A stretch of DNA of 64,000 bases from Tubiluchus corallicola (lineage: Eukaryota; Animalia; Priapulida), in contig JAQGDQ010000052.1 of assembly GCA_030141605.1 (NCBI GenBank), forward strand, positions 744,001 through 808,000, given 5' to 3'. The notes under the pieces were generated by a model. It ran no database searches and was not told the origin of the DNA. It saw only the letters and a list, made by a program, of their open reading frames with translations. This document shows positions 60,113-64,000 of the stretch, piece after piece. The translations under genes were made by a program, and so were the position numbers. Position 1 is the stretch's first letter. The number at the start of each line of letters is the position of its first letter.

Positions 60113-61078
60113 GGAGGTCAGGAAAAAATGGCACGGTAAAAATGGCACAGAAAAAAATGGTACAGGGAAAAATGGAACAAATAGAAAAGTAGGTAAAATG
60201 GCATAGGTAAAAATGGCACAGGAAAAATGGCACTGGAAAACATGGCACGGTAAAAATGACACAGGAAGAATGGCACAAATTAAAAAGTAGGAAAAAAATT
60301 GCATAGATAAATATGGCACAGGAAAAAGTGGCACTGAAAAAATGACACACATGGAAAAGTAGGTAAAAATGGCACAGGAAAATGTGACACAGGAAAAAAT
60401 GGCATGGTAAAAATGGCACAGGAAAAATGGCGCAATAAAAAAGATGGCACACATAGTAAAATATGAGTTTAGGGTTAAGATTACCACGAGGATAATTATT
60501 TCAGTTATTTTTACCTCTGCCAAGGAAGTCATGCTTCAACACAGTTTGTTTGTTTGTCTGTTAAGACAGTAAGCCTATTATGCCAAAGCCATCTATAAGA
60601 TTTCCAAGAAACTTTGCGAAGGAAGACGGGCATAGGGTGCCAAATTGGAAATCTTTACGATGGATTTTTTTCGCAAAACTTGACCGAACACCGCGTAAAA
60701 AACGTTCGTGAAGCATTTTGTGGAGGTCTCAGAGGGAGTGTTTAGTACTTATTTTTTGTTATCTCCACCTAGACAAATAACTACGAGTCAGTTCCATTTT
60801 CATTTCGTGAAATTCTCGCTTGTAAAACTGTGCAACGCTGTCTATAACATTTGCTTATTAATGTGTATAGCCTAGGTGACGTGGAATGTAAGCACGCGTA
60901 TATTTCTCAGTCTATATCCATCGACAAAATTAATGGTTAAAAAGGTAGATAAATACCATGCGGAACATTTGTGCATTTTTCCTGTGCCATTTTACGTACT
61001 TTTCAATTTGTGCCATTTATACTGTGCCATTTTTTCCTGTGCCAATTTTTTTTACCCGTGCCAGTTTTACCGAGCACT
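60113..61078. mobile_element. Foldback/TIR element with subterminal AAAATGGCAC arrays and a nested insertion
   Basis: Many aaaatggcac(a/g) motifs at 60120-60452, and the inverted gtgccatttt motifs at 60970-61072. Confidence 0.7.
60508..60900 (+). mobile_element. Possible Helentron-associated (HINE-like) element nested in the TIR element
   Basis: Begins ttttacctctgccaaggaag...gtttgtttgtttgtctgt (T-run, short stem, GTYT microsatellite); shares sequence with 54075-54310. Confidence 0.45.
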
Positions 61079-61872
61079 CAGAAATTCACATTTAGAAAAT
61101 ATTATTTAGGTTTTGCTTGTGCAAATGAATAAGTTTGCATGATGCCAAACATTAAAACACGTGAAATTCTTCACTTTGATTGAAAAGTTATTCTGGTTCT
61201 TTTTTTATTAAATTATGAAATAATTCATTACGACTGTTAACAGTGGAGACTGGGGAAGACTCAGGTATTTATCTTTAACGTGATTTGAAGTGGGAAAGCA
61301 AGTTAATCATATAACTGTTAACATTCCAATAGTCTTTGTACTCAAACTATTTTAACGACGCGATGCGGCGATGACATTCTACTGTTACCAAACAGTAGTT
61401 TGTTCGAAATTGAAAATGTACGTTTTACAGTTCTGACCACATAAAAAAATCACAGGTGCTATTTACATATACTAAACATTGGTTTGTTTTCAAACGCCGC
61501 GCAAAGCTAACGTTAAATTTCACAAACAATATAAAATACTAATAAAGGCTACTACCTTTTCACATGATTAATTAATAATTTAATTCGTATACTTCAACTG
61601 TTATGTTTACTTGTAAAACAGCAACTTGCTTAAATAATAAACTATCTATTGTAAAACATACATCTGTTAACTTATTTGAGTCCATATTGCATGAAAAACC
61701 TTTTTCATAAGCTATTTTCAGTTTCCATCAAACTTCGAAGGCTACAAATCTAGAAGAAATGAAAGTTTGGCGAACTTTGTTTTCAAACTTTTTAACGCAT
61801 GATAACCACAATAATGACAATAACGGTAATTGGTGAATTATGTTGGCGGTTCACGATGAAGATGGCGACAAT

Positions 61873-61891
61873 GAATGACGCCAACGACGAC

Positions 61892-61947
<56 letters not shown>

Positions 61948-62012
61948 TGATAATGATTATCATGTAGATGATGACTATGACGACGATGACGATGACAATT
62001 ATGATGGCGATG
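61873..62012. repeat. (GAC)n/(GAT)n microsatellite
   Basis: Direct reading. Confidence 0.93.
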
Positions 62013-62713
62013 AATAAAGCATGATTATGGCTTCTCCGACTTGGATCTTCTCCAATTATAACATGATTGACGTCATTTTACGTTACGCTGATATAATTCT
62101 TATAATACGATTGCAGTTTTGCCTTTTCTACGGATAACAAATTACCGGGTGTAACATAAAAACTGCGCGAATTTAGTGATTGGCATTTCTCTCTATACCA
62201 TTATTTCTCTATCCATTATACACTCCGGTGACTGTAAGCCTTACAGTGAATGAACTTTCACGAAAAGGCTGAATCTTCTCTAGCTGCAAGCTTCAGAAAA
62301 ACCGTTTTTTATTTTAAACGTACGCGCGTAGTGACGTGCTTTCGTTATAATGAGCTACTACATAAGGCTAGTTATTGCCATGACTTCTTCTCTAGTAGGA
62401 TAAGAGTTCTTGACATTCATCAAGTTGTTTTAACTAATTGACAAAATTTGTCTTCAATTTGTGAATAGAAATTGAGAAAATGTTATTATACGTTATTATT
62501 CTGTCAACAGTTAGTCGTTAGTTCTGCAAATTATTCCAATGACGTTCAAGATGGGAATGACACAGGCCTGTAATTATCCTATTCACATTTTGATATACAT
62601 GTAACGAGGCGCATCTGAATTTGACTCATATCTGGAGCGGAGCATGTACAAGTTAGCCCTTCCCGTACACAAAGACTTAGTCGTCATATAGGCTCTGTGA
62701 GATGACACCTGTG

Positions 62714-62850
62714 TACACACAAGCACGCACGCACACACGCGCACACGCACACACACACGCGCGCGCACACACACGCACACGCACACGAACACGCACACGA
62801 ACACGAACACGCACACGCACACGCACACGCGCACGCGCACGCGCACACGC

Positions 62851-62883
<33 letters not shown>
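62714..62883. repeat. (CA)/(CACACG)n microsatellite
   Basis: Direct reading. Confidence 0.93.
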
Positions 62884-62887
<4 letters not shown>

Positions 62888-63659
62888 TGCGGTAACCACG
62901 TTGCTAGACACTAAATAAAAAAGAAAAAGAATTCAAATATAAAACAGTTCATACGAAATGAAAATCGAATTAAAATTCGTTAAAGATACATATATGAAAA
63001 TACATTCACTACATTGGGATTGGGTCTGGGTCTGGGTCTGGGCCAGGCCTGGGCCGAAAAGTGGAAACGAGCAGAACAATCTATATGGAGAGTAGTCCGA
63101 AGTTTCTGAACTGTACGTTTTCCCGTATCCAGATTTATCAAGTTTGATGTACTTCAGCCCAGATGGCCTACAACAAAGAAAGAAATGGTCAGTCATTCTT
63201 AGAAATGCATAGACAAGGTACCTTTTCTATAGCTGTATATATAGAAACGCCTATAGCTGTAAATATTTGCTTAATAAACGCATTTGCACTACATATACGT
63301 TTATACGGTGCTTTGTTACATACATTCGCTTCCAATTTTTTGGAAATGTTGGATAGGTTCGCTAGCTAGTTAGCTAGTTTAATGATTACAAGTCTACATA
63401 ATTCGAGACCAATACACTATAACAATAGGTAAGCAGAAAACGGACGTTACCAAATGACCCATCGAGAACAGAAAAAGTTACAATACTTGCAATGTGCTAT
63501 ATAGTTAGTACACCAAATCCACGCCTATACATTACTGTCATAAAAAGTACAAAACTGTACACAACAAGCCTGAGAATAAACTCCATTAAATTGGTTAAAA
63601 CTTTATGAATGACTAATTTTTGCTTGACGAAAATCAATGGCTTAGTCTCAAAATAACCT

Positions 63660-63930
63660 TAATCAATCCGTAAATAAATTCAACATTTCGTAATAAATTT
63701 TAAATGTATGTTGATCTTCGAATACATCAATAATATTAGCAAAATTTACATTCGTAAACTCGTTTCTAACATTTTCGGTTTTTGGGCAAGTGGTTAAAAC
63801 GTGCTCTTCGGTCAGGACTGCACCGCATTCGCAGAGTTTTCCACTGGTTGACGACTCCATCTACTTGTCTCAATTTTTAATCTATGAGACTGGAGTCTTA
63901 TGCTAGTGAATGTAATACGAAATTTTTCTA
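63660..63930 (-). mobile_element. LINE 3' coding relic (RTE-X-like)
   Basis: RLQSHRLKIETSRW, then frameshifted CECGAVLTEEHVLTTCP. Confidence 0.7.
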
Positions 63931-64000
63931 CAGAAATTACGTGGAATCACACAGGTGGCTTTAGGGAGGGGTTTAATAATTACTGTTTATACGTTATCTT

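Noticed and set aside
62933-63220. Possible exon on either strand
   Set aside because: Short, with no identifiable motif, and it cannot be linked to the 57835 exon.

Overview
This is AT-rich, intron-containing eukaryotic DNA, most likely from an invertebrate animal; no prokaryotic features or CRISPR are present. Three host genes can be reconstructed by hand: a 3-exon hairy/Hes bHLH-Orange-WRPW gene (+, 4994-6992), a 2-exon B4GAT1-type GT49 glycosyltransferase (-, 25389-16083), and a 4-exon signal peptide-MAM-carbohydrate sulfotransferase gene (+, 36295-41922). A lone signal-peptide exon lies at 57835. The rest is dense in repeats: non-autonomous Helitrons including an exact head-to-tail pair, a Gmr1-like Gypsy element with a nested LINE, BEL/Pao and LINE relics, MITEs and microsatellites. 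The most unusual object is a 1718-bp TGTT...AACA element with a 5-bp TSD (18968-20685), inserted in a 64-bp satellite array inside the B4GAT1 intron. It carries an intronless glycogenin catalytic domain embedded in a SAP-bearing, BEL/Pao-like gag N-terminus. Also notable: the central MAM exon of the sulfotransferase gene is missing from its expected place, and a matching exon lies downstream of the stop codon. All calls are by eye, with no database searches.
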